A stretch of DNA of 54,191 nucleotides from Acutalibacteraceae bacterium (GTDB lineage Bacteria > Bacillota > Clostridia > Christensenellales > UBA1242), in assembly GCA_963602035.1 (NCBI GenBank), contig CAVCHC010000003.1:1-54191 (forward strand), in the 5' to 3' direction. Below the pieces are notes generated by a model. That model saw nothing but the letters and a program-made list of their open reading frames with translations, ran no database searches and was not told the DNA's origin. Positions within the stretch are counted from its first letter, which is position 1; every line of letters begins with the position of its first letter. Shown here piece after piece: positions 1 through 9,103 of the stretch. Both the position numbers and the translations under genes were made by a program.

Positions 1-340
1 AAAATTGAGGAAAAAATGCAAAAATTATGGCAAAATTTTGAAATTTGACCTCAAAAATGCAGAAAATGCGGGATGTGTAAAAATTGCTAAGGTAGGGAAA
101 CGAAGGTGTTTTTTGTTGATGATTTAGGAAAAAATATGTTGCGCCTAGGGCTGAATAAAGTGGCAAAATTTTGGGGTGTTTTTTAATAAAAATTAATAAA
201 AATTTTAGACGCGGGGGTACTAAAAAACACACTCAATTTTGGTTACTTAAAAATTAATAAAAAACAAATGTAACAAAAAAAGAAAACTGCTTGTTTTTTG
301 GATATATTTTTGTTAGAATATATACAAAGGGGAAATGGGT

Positions 341-739
341 ATGTTAGACGCACGTGCGGGGCAGATGTTTAGTTTAGATGATGAAACGGTTAAGCTTATT
401 GAAAGCGAGATGAAAACCAAAAGCAATGGGTTTTTGCTTAAAGATTTGGCGGCGCTTAGTGATGAGGAAATTTCGCTTCTTTATCGCGAGCAAATTCCGT
501 CGGGCTTTTTAAAGGTGTTAAGCGAGCCTGAACTGGTTTCAAGCGTTTTGGAACTTTTTAAAAATAACCTAAATGTTAGTGAAACCAGCCGCGTTTCGTT
601 TTTGCACCGAAACACCCTTTTGTATCGCTTAGATAAAGTGCACAGGCTGACGGGTCTTAATGTTAAAAGTTTTGAAGACGCGGCGACGTTTAAATCGATG
701 ATGGTGTTATTTTATGAATACAGAAAAAGAACGAATTAG
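341..739 (+). CDS. small PucR/CdaR-type helix-turn-helix domain protein
   Basis: ORF 335-739. The C-terminal segment NVSETSRVSFLHRNTLLYRLDKVHRLTGLNV fits the PucR C-terminal HTH pattern (h-R-N-T-l-x-Y-R-L). Start moved to ATG 341 because an AAAGGGG Shine-Dalgarno lies ~8 nt upstream. An extended -10 (TGTTAGAAT, ~311-319) lies upstream. Confidence 0.55.
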   Translation: MLDARAGQMFSLDDETVKLIESEMKTKSNGFLLKDLAALSDEEISLLYREQIPSGFLKVLSEPELVSSVLELFKNNLNVSETSRVSFLHRNTLLYRLDKVHRLTGLNVKSFEDAATFKSMMVLFYEYRKRTN

Positions 740-1349
740 TAGCCTAATTAGCGCGCTTAATTGCGAGTATAAAAACGCCGAATGCGAACTTGAATATAAT
801 TCTAATTTTGAGTTGTTGGTGGCCGTTATTTTGTCTGCCCAGTGTACGGATAAGCGCGTAAACGAGGTAACGAAGAAACTTTTTAGCGAGTTTAAGACGC
901 CGCAAGAGTTTGATGCGCTTAGCAACGCGGAACTTGAAAAGCGCATATATTCGTGCGGATTTTATAAGAATAAGGCCAAGAATATTATTGCGTGTGCGCG
1001 CGATTTGGCGGCGCGATTTGGCGGTGTTGTTCCGGATAATAAAGAGGACTTAAAGTCGCTTGCGGGGGTGGGCGAGAAAACGGCCAACGTTGTTTTGGCA
1101 ACGGCGTTTAATACGCCTGCGATTGCGGTTGACACGCACGTTTTTAGGCTTAGTCACAGGCTTGGGCTGTCAAATGGCAAAAATGTTAAACTGGTGCAAG
1201 CTGACCTTGAAAACATCATCCCCAAAAAAGATTGGTCAAAAACGCACTTGGCGCTGGTGCTGCACGGGCGGTATGTGTGCCACGCGCGCAACCCAAAATG
1301 CAGCGAGTGTAAACTAAGGCAATTTTGCAAACACGCAGAGCAGAGGTAA
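714..1349 (+). CDS. nth: endonuclease III (DNA-(apurinic or apyrimidinic site) lyase)
   Basis: 211-aa ORF with helix-hairpin-helix LAGVGEKTANVVL. The C-terminal 4Fe-4S loop is C-x6-C-x2-C-x5-C (CHARNPKCSECKLRQFC). Overlaps the upstream ORF by 26 nt. Confidence 0.9.
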   Translation: MNTEKERISSLISALNCEYKNAECELEYNSNFELLVAVILSAQCTDKRVNEVTKKLFSEFKTPQEFDALSNAELEKRIYSCGFYKNKAKNIIACARDLAARFGGVVPDNKEDLKSLAGVGEKTANVVLATAFNTPAIAVDTHVFRLSHRLGLSNGKNVKLVQADLENIIPKKDWSKTHLALVLHGRYVCHARNPKCSECKLRQFCKHAEQR

Positions 1350-1440
1350 GGCGCGAATAAGGGCAATTTGTAAGCACGCGGAGCAAAAGTAAGGCGCGTA
1401 TAAGGGCAATTTGTAAGCACGCAGGGCAGAACTGAGGCGG
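1318..1440. repeat. degenerate tandem repeat, three units of 43-44 bp, starting inside the nth 3-prime end
   Basis: Units are 1318-1361 (ggcaattttgcaaacacgcagagcagaggtaaggcgcgaataag), 1362-1404 (ggcaatttgtaagcacgcggagcaaaagtaaggcgcgtataag) and 1405-~1440 (ggcaatttgtaagcacgcagggcagaactgaggcgg). Unit 1 contains the nth stop codon (1347-1349). Confidence 0.85.
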
Positions 1441-1601
1441 CGCTATTTATGGCAATAAGTATAAGTTAGTGCAAAAAGTATGCGCAAGTAGGCAAAGTAG
1501 TACAAATTGTTATGGGCTAAACGCGCTGGGTAGTTGCTAAATGTAAACGGCGCGGGGCGAGTTTAGGCCAATGCAAAAATGTTAATAATTAAGAAGGATA
1601 A

Positions 1602-2879
<1,278 letters not shown>

Positions 2880-2920
2880 AGTTACATACGTTTGTTGAAT
2901 AAATTTACATACTATTGATA

Positions 2921-2955
2921 AAAGGCTATCCTATTGATTTAAGGGTGGCCTTTTT
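2921..2955 (+). terminator. intrinsic terminator downstream of obg
   Basis: Stem GGCTATCC (2924-2931) pairs with GGGTGGCC (2943-2950). That is 8 bp including two G:U pairs, with an 11-nt loop, followed by TTTTT. Confidence 0.6.
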
Positions 2956-2960
2956 GTTGT

Positions 2961-2992
2961 TAAAGTTGAAAGTTGAAAGTTTAAAGTTTAAA
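2961..2992. repeat. AAGTTG-type hexamer array
   Basis: taaagttgaaagttgaaagtttaaagtttaaa has 6-nt periodicity. It is in inverted orientation relative to the array at 3151-3175. Confidence 0.8.
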
Positions 2993-2993
2993 T

Positions 2994-3133
2994 GCGGCTG
3001 AGATTGCCACGCTACGCTCGCGAAAACAATAATCAGTATGGTGTAGTTTGATGTCAGCAAGCGTAAATATATTTACAACGAACACTGGCCGAAGTGAAAC
3101 GTAGGTTTGGTGAGTGTAAATATGTTTACGCGG
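2994..3133 (+). repeat. interspersed ~145-nt repeat element, copy A (possible structured RNA or MITE-like element)
   Basis: Aligns along its length with 29179-29326. The shared core is cagcaagcgtaaatatatttacaacgaacactggccgaag...cgtaggtttggtgag.gtaaat.t.tttacgcgg. Arm 3061-3076 (gcgtaaatatatttac) pairs with arm 3116-3131 (gtaaatatgtttacgc), 16 bp with one U:G. Confidence 0.75.
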
Positions 3134-3150
3134 ATTGCTTTTGCTTTTTA

Positions 3151-3175
3151 TTTTTTCACCCTTCACTTTTCACTT
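3151..3175. repeat. hexamer array (reverse orientation, TTCACT type)
   Basis: ttttttcacccttcacttttcactt is the reverse complement of an AAGTGA-type array. With 2961-2992 it brackets repeat copy A like imperfect terminal inverted repeats. Confidence 0.7.
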
Positions 3176-3196
3176 AATGCAATGCGGGTTTGGGTA

Positions 3197-3225
3197 TTGA
3201 CAAAGTGGCGGGTTGGTGGTAAAAT
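3197..3225 (+). promoter_or_regulatory. sigma-70/SigA-type promoter candidate
   Basis: TTGACA (3197-3202), a 17-nt spacer ending in TGG (extended -10), then TAAAAT (3220-3225). It lies ~100 nt upstream of ATG 3329. Confidence 0.5.
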
Positions 3226-3328
3226 TCTTTTGCTTAATTGGTATTATGATGGTCAATATAAAACTAGCATATATGATTAATAATATTTGGTAATCAGTGT
3301 TAGGTTAATTGGTAAAGGAGATTTGGGT

Positions 3329-3859
3329 ATGGTTAATGATATTTTAAGGGATGGCAGGACGCTGGTTACTGAGCACGATTTGGTGTGTTATACGCTTTTG
3401 TGTTTGGGCAATCGTGGCGTTTTTGAGATTAGCGAGGACAGCTTGCTTAGGGCGGGCGACGCGGTAACCAAAAGACATAGTGGCGACTTTGAGATGGACA
3501 TTATGTTTAGCGAGGGCGAAGAGTGGCAGAGTGACGAACTTGAAGGGTATATTGCCATAATGAGCAATGAACGCAATGCCTTGCTTCGTGCGCAGAAAGA
3601 GAACGACTATTCGCGTTTTGCGGTTGGCGGGCGCATTAACGAAAGGGATATGGCGTATTGGATAGATACGTGCGGGCCGGCGGCGTTGCGTAGGTCTGAC
3701 CGCACGATTTGTTCGGTTTTTGGCCCACGTAAAACGCAAAGGCTTTATCGTGACCTTGACAGAAAGACGAAGGCTAGGATGTTTTATGAAGAGGTTGCAA
3801 GCGTGGCTTTTGACCTTGACCAACTGAAAAAAGGAGAGAAAGAAAGTGTTAACAAGTAA
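3329..3859 (+). CDS. hypothetical protein (176 aa, no family recognised)
   Basis: ORF 3287-3859. Start moved to ATG 3329, preceded by AAAGGAG. The 3-prime end overlaps the yhbY-like start by 14 nt, which suggests co-translation. No motif recognised. Confidence 0.5.
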   Translation: MVNDILRDGRTLVTEHDLVCYTLLCLGNRGVFEISEDSLLRAGDAVTKRHSGDFEMDIMFSEGEEWQSDELEGYIAIMSNERNALLRAQKENDYSRFAVGGRINERDMAYWIDTCGPAALRRSDRTICSVFGPRKTQRLYRDLDRKTKARMFYEEVASVAFDLDQLKKGEKESVNK

Positions 3860-4145
3860 ACAACGTGCTATGCTTCGTGCGCAGGCGAATACGCTTGACG
3901 CGAGCGTGTCTATTGGGCAAAACGGGATAACTGAGACCGTGCTTGGCCAGATTGGAATGAACCTTGACAGTCACGAACTGGTTAAAATCGCCATTTTGCA
4001 AAACTGTGACATTGAGGCAAAACAGATTATCGGCAAACTTGCAAGCGTTTTGGGCGCAGAGCCAGTTCAGGCAATCGGCCGAAAGGTGGTTTTGTATCGC
4101 TATTCAAGCAAGTGCAAAAACCACGTAAAAGTAAGCACGAAATAG
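3846..4145 (+). CDS. yhbY: YhbY/CRM-domain RNA-binding protein
   Basis: 99 aa. LTSKQRAMLRAQANTLDASVSIGQNGITETVLGQI...HELVKI...GRKVVLYR matches the CRS1/YhbY fold pattern. GTG start preceded by AAAGGAGAG. Confidence 0.8.
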   Translation: MLTSKQRAMLRAQANTLDASVSIGQNGITETVLGQIGMNLDSHELVKIAILQNCDIEAKQIIGKLASVLGAEPVQAIGRKVVLYRYSSKCKNHVKVSTK

Positions 4146-4410
4146 CAAGTAATGCGCGATACGTATTTGAATTTTGTGCACGAGAGCGCGGGATAACAAA
4201 TATTTAAATAGCGAAAGTGTGTAAGATGCAATAATGTTCAAGTAGTCAACCTGTGCGCGAGGTGGTAAGTATTAAACTGCCAGAGCGTAAGCGACATTTC
4301 AAAAAGGTGGCCAGATTGTGCGCGAGGGGTTACGAACCAAGGCGGCCAGATTGTGCGCAAAGCTAATGGGTTTGCCTGAGCGTAAAGATGCAACAAGTAG
4401 GCAAAAAAGG

Positions 4411-4439
4411 TTGACAAAGCGGGCAATTAATTTTATAAT
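4411..4439 (+). promoter_or_regulatory. consensus SigA-type promoter for the pheST leader
   Basis: TTGACA (4411-4416), an exactly 17-nt spacer, then TATAAT (4434-4439). Confidence 0.65.
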
Positions 4440-4445
4440 CAAATA

Positions 4446-4680
4446 AACTTAGAAAAACTGTGACGGCGAACTAGTAGAGTTATGTGACCTTTAAGAGAGG
4501 TTGGGGCGTGGCTGAGACCCCAGCTAAGGCAACGCATAAGTTGAATTTCTAAGCCCGAGTTGCTTGACCAAAATCAAGACGGACAAAACCGTAAAAATGT
4601 AATGAGGCAAGTTTTTAACTTGTGAATTTAGGTGGTAACACGCAAACCGCGTCCTAAAAAGGGGCGTGGTTTTTTGTTTA
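4446..4680 (+). promoter_or_regulatory. T-box riboswitch leader (Phe specifier) controlling pheS-pheT
   Basis: AGAGAG (AG bay) at ~4494. A specifier-loop candidate GAAUUUCUAAG (~4543-4553) holds a Phe codon, UUU or UUC. The conserved T-box sequence AAUUUAGGUGGUAACACGC sits at ~4625-4643, and its UGGU fits an A73 discriminator. It overlaps the terminator hairpin ACCGCGUCC...GGGCGUGGU plus U-run (4645-4676). Confidence 0.85.
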
Positions 4681-4691
4681 AGGAGAAAACT

Positions 4692-5723
4692 ATGAAAGAC
4701 AAAATCAAACAGATAGGCGAAAGTTTTAAAAACAAAATCGGCGAGATTCGTGACGCACGCGCGCTTGAAGACCTGCGCCTTGATTTTCTTGGAAAAAAGG
4801 GGCAGATTGCGGCCTTGATGGAGAACTTTAAGACGGTGGCGGCTGAAGAGAAAAAGGAACTTGGTATGCTAATAAATGGCCTTAAAGTTAAGGTAGCTGA
4901 GGGCATTGCAGAGCGCAAGAAGGCGCTTGACGAGAAGGCCTTAGAAGAAGAGATGGAAAACGCGAAGCCGATTGATTTTACCCTGCCGGTTGACACTAGC
5001 ACGGGGTCGCTGCACCCACGTACTCTTGTTTTAAAAGAGGTTGAAGACGTGTTTGTTTCGATGGGGTTTGTAATTGAAGACGGGTTTGAGATTGAAACCG
5101 AGTATAACAACTTTGACGCGGTAAACGTGCCAGCAACGCACCCAGCCCGCGATATGCAAGACACGTTTTGGCTTGACAACGGCCAAGTTCTAAAAACCCA
5201 TACCAGTGCGGCGCAGAACCGCATCCTTAAAAAGTATGGCCCACATTGCAGAGCCATCTTCCCGGGCAGGTGTTTTAGAAACGAGAGCCTTGACGCGGGG
5301 CACGAAAACACCTTCTTTCAAATGGAGGGCATTGTTGTTGACCGCGAGGTGAGTGTGTCTAACCTTATCTACTTTATGAAAGAGATGTTAAAGGGCGTGT
5401 TTAAAAAAGACATCAAAGTTAGGTTGCGCCCTGGGTTCTTTCCGTTTACGGAGCCGTCGTTTGAGCTTGACGCAAGTTGTCCGTTCTGCGGCGGTAAGGG
5501 GTGCGCAAGTTGTGGCCAAAGCGGCTGGATAGAACTTTGCCCATGCGGGATGATTCACCCTAACGTTTTAAGAAATGCAGGCATTGACCCTGACCAGTAT
5601 TCAGGCTTTGCGTTTGGTTTGGGCGCGGATAGGCTTGTTATGCTTAGAAGTGGGCTTGGCGATATTCGCCACCTTAACGCTGGGCGAGTTAAGCTTTTAA
5701 AACAATTCGGGACAAAGATGTAA
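4692..5723 (+). CDS. pheS: phenylalanine--tRNA ligase alpha subunit
   Basis: Class II aaRS core (GRCFRNESLDAGHENTFFQMEG, GFAFGLGADRL). Start set to ATG 4692 after an AAGGAG RBS. The ORF-track start 4632 lies inside the T-box terminator. Confidence 0.95.
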   Translation: MKDKIKQIGESFKNKIGEIRDARALEDLRLDFLGKKGQIAALMENFKTVAAEEKKELGMLINGLKVKVAEGIAERKKALDEKALEEEMENAKPIDFTLPVDTSTGSLHPRTLVLKEVEDVFVSMGFVIEDGFEIETEYNNFDAVNVPATHPARDMQDTFWLDNGQVLKTHTSAAQNRILKKYGPHCRAIFPGRCFRNESLDAGHENTFFQMEGIVVDREVSVSNLIYFMKEMLKGVFKKDIKVRLRPGFFPFTEPSFELDASCPFCGGKGCASCGQSGWIELCPCGMIHPNVLRNAGIDPDQYSGFAFGLGADRLVMLRSGLGDIRHLNAGRVKLLKQFGTKM

Positions 5724-5733
5724 GGAGAAAGTT

Positions 5734-8106
5734 ATGAAGATTTCACTTAATTGGATAAAAGAGTTTGTTGACCTTGACGGCGTAACAAAAGAGGATATTG
5801 ACAAAAAGTTTAACCTTATGTGCGCCGAGATTGAAAACATAGAGGTTAAAGGCGCAGACACGTATGGCGTTGTTTTTGGCAAAATTTTGGAAGTTAAAAA
5901 CCACCCAGAATCTAATAAGCTGCATATTTTAAAGGTGGACGTTGGAACCGAGGTATTGCAGATTGTTTGCGGGGCGCCTAACGTCCGCGAGGGGATGATT
6001 ACGTGCGTGGCGACGGTTGGCGGCGCGGTTTGTGGCCATAAAATTGGCAAGGCGAAGCTTGTTGGCGTTGACAGTTTTGGTATGTGTTGCTCAGAAGAAG
6101 AGTTGGGTATCGGGGCGGATAACAGCGGTATCATTGACGTTGATTTTGACGCGCCAATCGGGGCAGACATTAAGTCGGTTTTGCCTATTGACGATATGAT
6201 AATTGAAATTGACAACAAAACGCTTACCAATCGCCCTGACCTTTGGGGGCATTATGGCTTGGCGCGCGAGTTTGCTGCGATTTTTGACAGGAGCCTTAAA
6301 CCGCTTGAAACGCTTGATTTATCTAAGTTTGCGGGGCTTAAAAAGGTGCCTGTTAAGATTGAAAGTGAGGCGTGCAGAAGGTATGGCGCGCTTACTGTTG
6401 AAAACATTCAGGTTAAAAGGTCGCCAATGCCGATGCGCGTAAGGCTTAACTATGTTGGGATGCGCGATATTAACCTGCTTGCAGATTTGACCAATATTGT
6501 TATGCTTGAAGTTGGGCAACCTATGCACGCGTTTGATAACCGCAAAGTTGATTCAATCAAAGTTAGAAACGCGGTGGCGGGCGAGGTGCTTACAACCCTT
6601 GAAGGCGAGCAGCACGAGATCCCTGAAAACGCCGTTTTGATTTGTGACAAACACAATGACCCAGTTGCGATTGCGGGCATTAAGGGCGGGCTTAAATCGG
6701 GGATAGCCGACGATACGGACAGTGTTTTGTTTGAGTCAGCGAACTTTGAGGCGATTGCCATTCGTAAGGCCAGCCGCGCGATGGGGCTTATAACCGACGC
6801 CAGCCTTAGGTATGAAAAGTCGCTTGACCCCGAGATGTGTGAGGTGGCGATGGGCAGGCTGCTTAGTTACCTTCACGAGATTGACAAGGGCGTGATTGTT
6901 ACAAGTGCGTTTAGCGATGTTTATTCGCGTCCGTACGCAAAGGTAAGCATTGACGTGACCAGCAAGTTTATTTCGTCTCGAATCGGCAAAACGGTTAGTG
7001 ACGAACTCGTTTCCAAGATTTTAACAAAACTTGGGTTTGAGGTCAGCGGTAATGGGGATTGTTTGCACGTTAACGTGCCATCATTCCGCGCTACTAAGGA
7101 CATTTCGATTAAAGAAGACTTGGTTGAAGAGGTCGCGCGTATGCTTAACTATGGCGAGTTTGAGGCCAAGCCGCTTGAATTTGAGATGCAGCCGGTTCAC
7201 CAAAGCGCCGAGCACGAACTTGAATTTAATGCGAAAAAACTTTTGGCAAGTAAGTATGGCGCAAGCGAGGTTCACAGCTATATTTGGAACTATGAGCGCT
7301 TTAACGCTGAGCATAACATCGAGGCGGCTTCGTGCTTACACTTGATGGACACGACCAACGCTGGGCAAAGTGGCATTCGCGAAAAAATGCTTCCAACGAT
7401 GCTTAAATTTGTTGCTGAAAACAAAGAGGAGCAACTTGGCGAGGTTAAAATTTTTGAAATAGGCCGATGCGTGCCTAATATCAAAGAAGACGGGTTGGCT
7501 AATGAAGAAAAGCACCTGTGTGTTGCGTTTGCAAGCAAAACTAAGTCGCAAGAAGAGTTGTTTTTTGACTTAAAGAAATTTATTGTTGACTTTTCAGTGA
7601 ACTTTGTTGGGTTTACGCCTGAGTTTGTAGCGGGTGAAACTGGCGCAAGCTTCCATAAGAAAAACAGTTGCGTTGTTGCGTTTAGGGGAACTAACCTTGG
7701 CGTGATGGGCGTTATTAGTCCAAAAATCACCGCGACGATTGATAAGAAACTAAACATCGTTGGCGCTGAGTTTAATTTTGCGTTGATGGTTAACCAGCAC
7801 GACTATCCAAAGAAAGTTCAGGTGCCTACGCAATATCAGTCAACCAACCTTGACCTTAACTTTAAGGTTGATAAAAACACGAAGTATGCTGACGTTGTGC
7901 GCGTGCTTTCAAAAATTCGCAACAAGATTTTGGTTGGATACCACCTTGTTGAAGTGTTTGAAAGTGAGGCTCTTGGCGATAAAAAGAGTATGCTTTTTGA
8001 GTTTGAAATCAATGGCAAAGACCATACACTTACGGGCGCTGAAATTGATGCCTTCCTGCGCGACACCATTGCGCTTATGGAGAAAAATGGTTACAGCCTT
8101 AGATAG
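5734..8106 (+). CDS. pheT: phenylalanine--tRNA ligase beta subunit
   Basis: 790 aa with an N-terminal tRNA-binding OB domain (GKILEVKNHPESNKLHILKVDVG). B3/4 and B5 regions and a C-terminal FDX-ACB-like domain follow. It lies 10 nt after pheS and has an AAGGAG RBS. Confidence 0.95.
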   Translation: MKISLNWIKEFVDLDGVTKEDIDKKFNLMCAEIENIEVKGADTYGVVFGKILEVKNHPESNKLHILKVDVGTEVLQIVCGAPNVREGMITCVATVGGAVCGHKIGKAKLVGVDSFGMCCSEEELGIGADNSGIIDVDFDAPIGADIKSVLPIDDMIIEIDNKTLTNRPDLWGHYGLAREFAAIFDRSLKPLETLDLSKFAGLKKVPVKIESEACRRYGALTVENIQVKRSPMPMRVRLNYVGMRDINLLADLTNIVMLEVGQPMHAFDNRKVDSIKVRNAVAGEVLTTLEGEQHEIPENAVLICDKHNDPVAIAGIKGGLKSGIADDTDSVLFESANFEAIAIRKASRAMGLITDASLRYEKSLDPEMCEVAMGRLLSYLHEIDKGVIVTSAFSDVYSRPYAKVSIDVTSKFISSRIGKTVSDELVSKILTKLGFEVSGNGDCLHVNVPSFRATKDISIKEDLVEEVARMLNYGEFEAKPLEFEMQPVHQSAEHELEFNAKKLLASKYGASEVHSYIWNYERFNAEHNIEAASCLHLMDTTNAGQSGIREKMLPTMLKFVAENKEEQLGEVKIFEIGRCVPNIKEDGLANEEKHLCVAFASKTKSQEELFFDLKKFIVDFSVNFVGFTPEFVAGETGASFHKKNSCVVAFRGTNLGVMGVISPKITATIDKKLNIVGAEFNFALMVNQHDYPKKVQVPTQYQSTNLDLNFKVDKNTKYADVVRVLSKIRNKILVGYHLVEVFESEALGDKKSMLFEFEINGKDHTLTGAEIDAFLRDTIALMEKNGYSLR

Positions 8107-8120
8107 GCTTTGTTAAATCA

Positions 8121-8141
8121 AAATAAAAACCCCGGCGGGGG
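8121..8141 (-). terminator. short GC hairpin, likely terminator for the minus-strand membrane-protein gene
   Basis: CCCC-GGC-GGGG hairpin at 8130-8141. On the minus strand it is followed by UUUUUAUUU (plus-strand aaataaaaa, 8121-8129). There is no T-run on the plus strand. Confidence 0.4.
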
Positions 8142-8167
8142 TGCACATAATTTGTTTGTGGTGCACT

Positions 8168-9016
8168 TTACTGCTGGGGTTGTTTTTTTGTTGAAAGCAG
8201 GGTTGTGTACGGCGGGGTGATTTGCATCTTGGGGGCAAAGATAAGGCAGATGGCGGCAAAAAGAAGGCTAAACGATGCTGCGGTTATGTAATAAATTTTA
8301 AAGTAAGGTACTATTAGCGCGCTTATATATAAAAACAGTCCGCACAACAAAAATGGCTTAAAATTAACGTGCCTAAAAAGGTTTGAAATGGTCAGTTGAT
8401 GGGTGCGCTTTTTGCGCAAATTCGCTTCCGTTTTTGGAATAGGAAAGGTGTTTTTTTCTTTTAAAAGTGCAAAAATTTCATAGTTGTTAAGGATGGTAAC
8501 GGACGGGTAATTTTCTGCATTTTTGGGGTTAAAATCGCATTTTTTGGCCAAATTACATAAAATAAACAGCGATTTTGCGTTTTTTGAGCGCGCAAGTTTG
8601 ATGGCGTTTAACTGGGTTTGTTCGTCAATTTCGGTTTGGTTAAAGGCGATAACTATTAGTGTTTGTTTTTGCTTGTCAAACAGAAAATTGTTGGTTTTTT
8701 CAAAGGTGAAATCGGGGGTAAGAAGGGCTTTAAAAAATTTTGCATTTTCTGTTTCGGGGCTGGTTAAAAAGTGAAACATAACGGCGTCTTTAAATTTAAG
8801 TTCTTGGGCTTTAAGGTTAAGGCGGTTATCTCGTTTTTTGCGGAAATGAACTATCTCGGTTGCAACAATTGTAACCAGCGCTGCGCTTATTAAAATTGAT
8901 AAAATGGGCGACTTAAATATTTTAAGCCCCCACGCGTAAAACACCAGCAAAAGGGCGGCGATAATAAGAATCAAATTGGTGATTTTGCTTAATTTGGTTT
9001 GGTAATTTGTGTCCAT
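8168..9016 (-). CDS. hypothetical membrane protein (282 aa)
   Basis: Two N-terminal and two C-terminal hydrophobic helices flank a ~150-aa soluble region. It looks visibly more AT-rich than its neighbours. No SD before the ATG, so the start is uncertain. Confidence 0.55.
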   Translation of the reverse strand: MDTNYQTKLSKITNLILIIAALLLVFYAWGLKIFKSPILSILISAALVTIVATEIVHFRKKRDNRLNLKAQELKFKDAVMFHFLTSPETENAKFFKALLTPDFTFEKTNNFLFDKQKQTLIVIAFNQTEIDEQTQLNAIKLARSKNAKSLFILCNLAKKCDFNPKNAENYPSVTILNNYEIFALLKEKNTFPIPKTEANLRKKRTHQLTISNLFRHVNFKPFLLCGLFLYISALIVPYFKIYYITAASFSLLFAAICLIFAPKMQITPPYTTLLSTKKQPQQ

Positions 9017-9058
9017 AATTAAATTATTAACAAAAGTGGGCGATTTAGTATAATTTGG

Positions 9059-9086
9059 TTGAAAATTGTGTAAAAAAGTGTATAAT
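9059..9086 (+). promoter_or_regulatory. SigA-type promoter candidate for the DeoC-like gene
   Basis: TTGAAA (9059-9064), 16-nt spacer, TATAAT (9081-9086). Confidence 0.45.
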
Positions 9087-9103
9087 AAGGCAAGGAGAAA
9101 ACT

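Noticed and set aside
2961-3175. Autonomous IS element or transposon at the element flanked by inverted hexamer arrays
   Set aside because: There is no transposase ORF and the interior is only ~140 nt. The inverted arrays are low-complexity and imperfect. At most it is a MITE-like non-autonomous element, and it is kept as a speculative finding.
4632-4691. ORF-track N-terminal extension of pheS (start at 4632)
   Set aside because: These 60 nt are the T-box sequence and its terminator hairpin with U-run. A strong AAGGAG RBS precedes the in-frame ATG at 4692, and MKDKIKQ is a normal PheS N-terminus.
4628-5311. 227-aa minus-strand ORF antisense to pheS
   Set aside because: It lies entirely inside a confidently identified essential gene on the other strand. 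The protein is low-complexity and S/R/F-rich, with no RBS. This is a typical shadow ORF.
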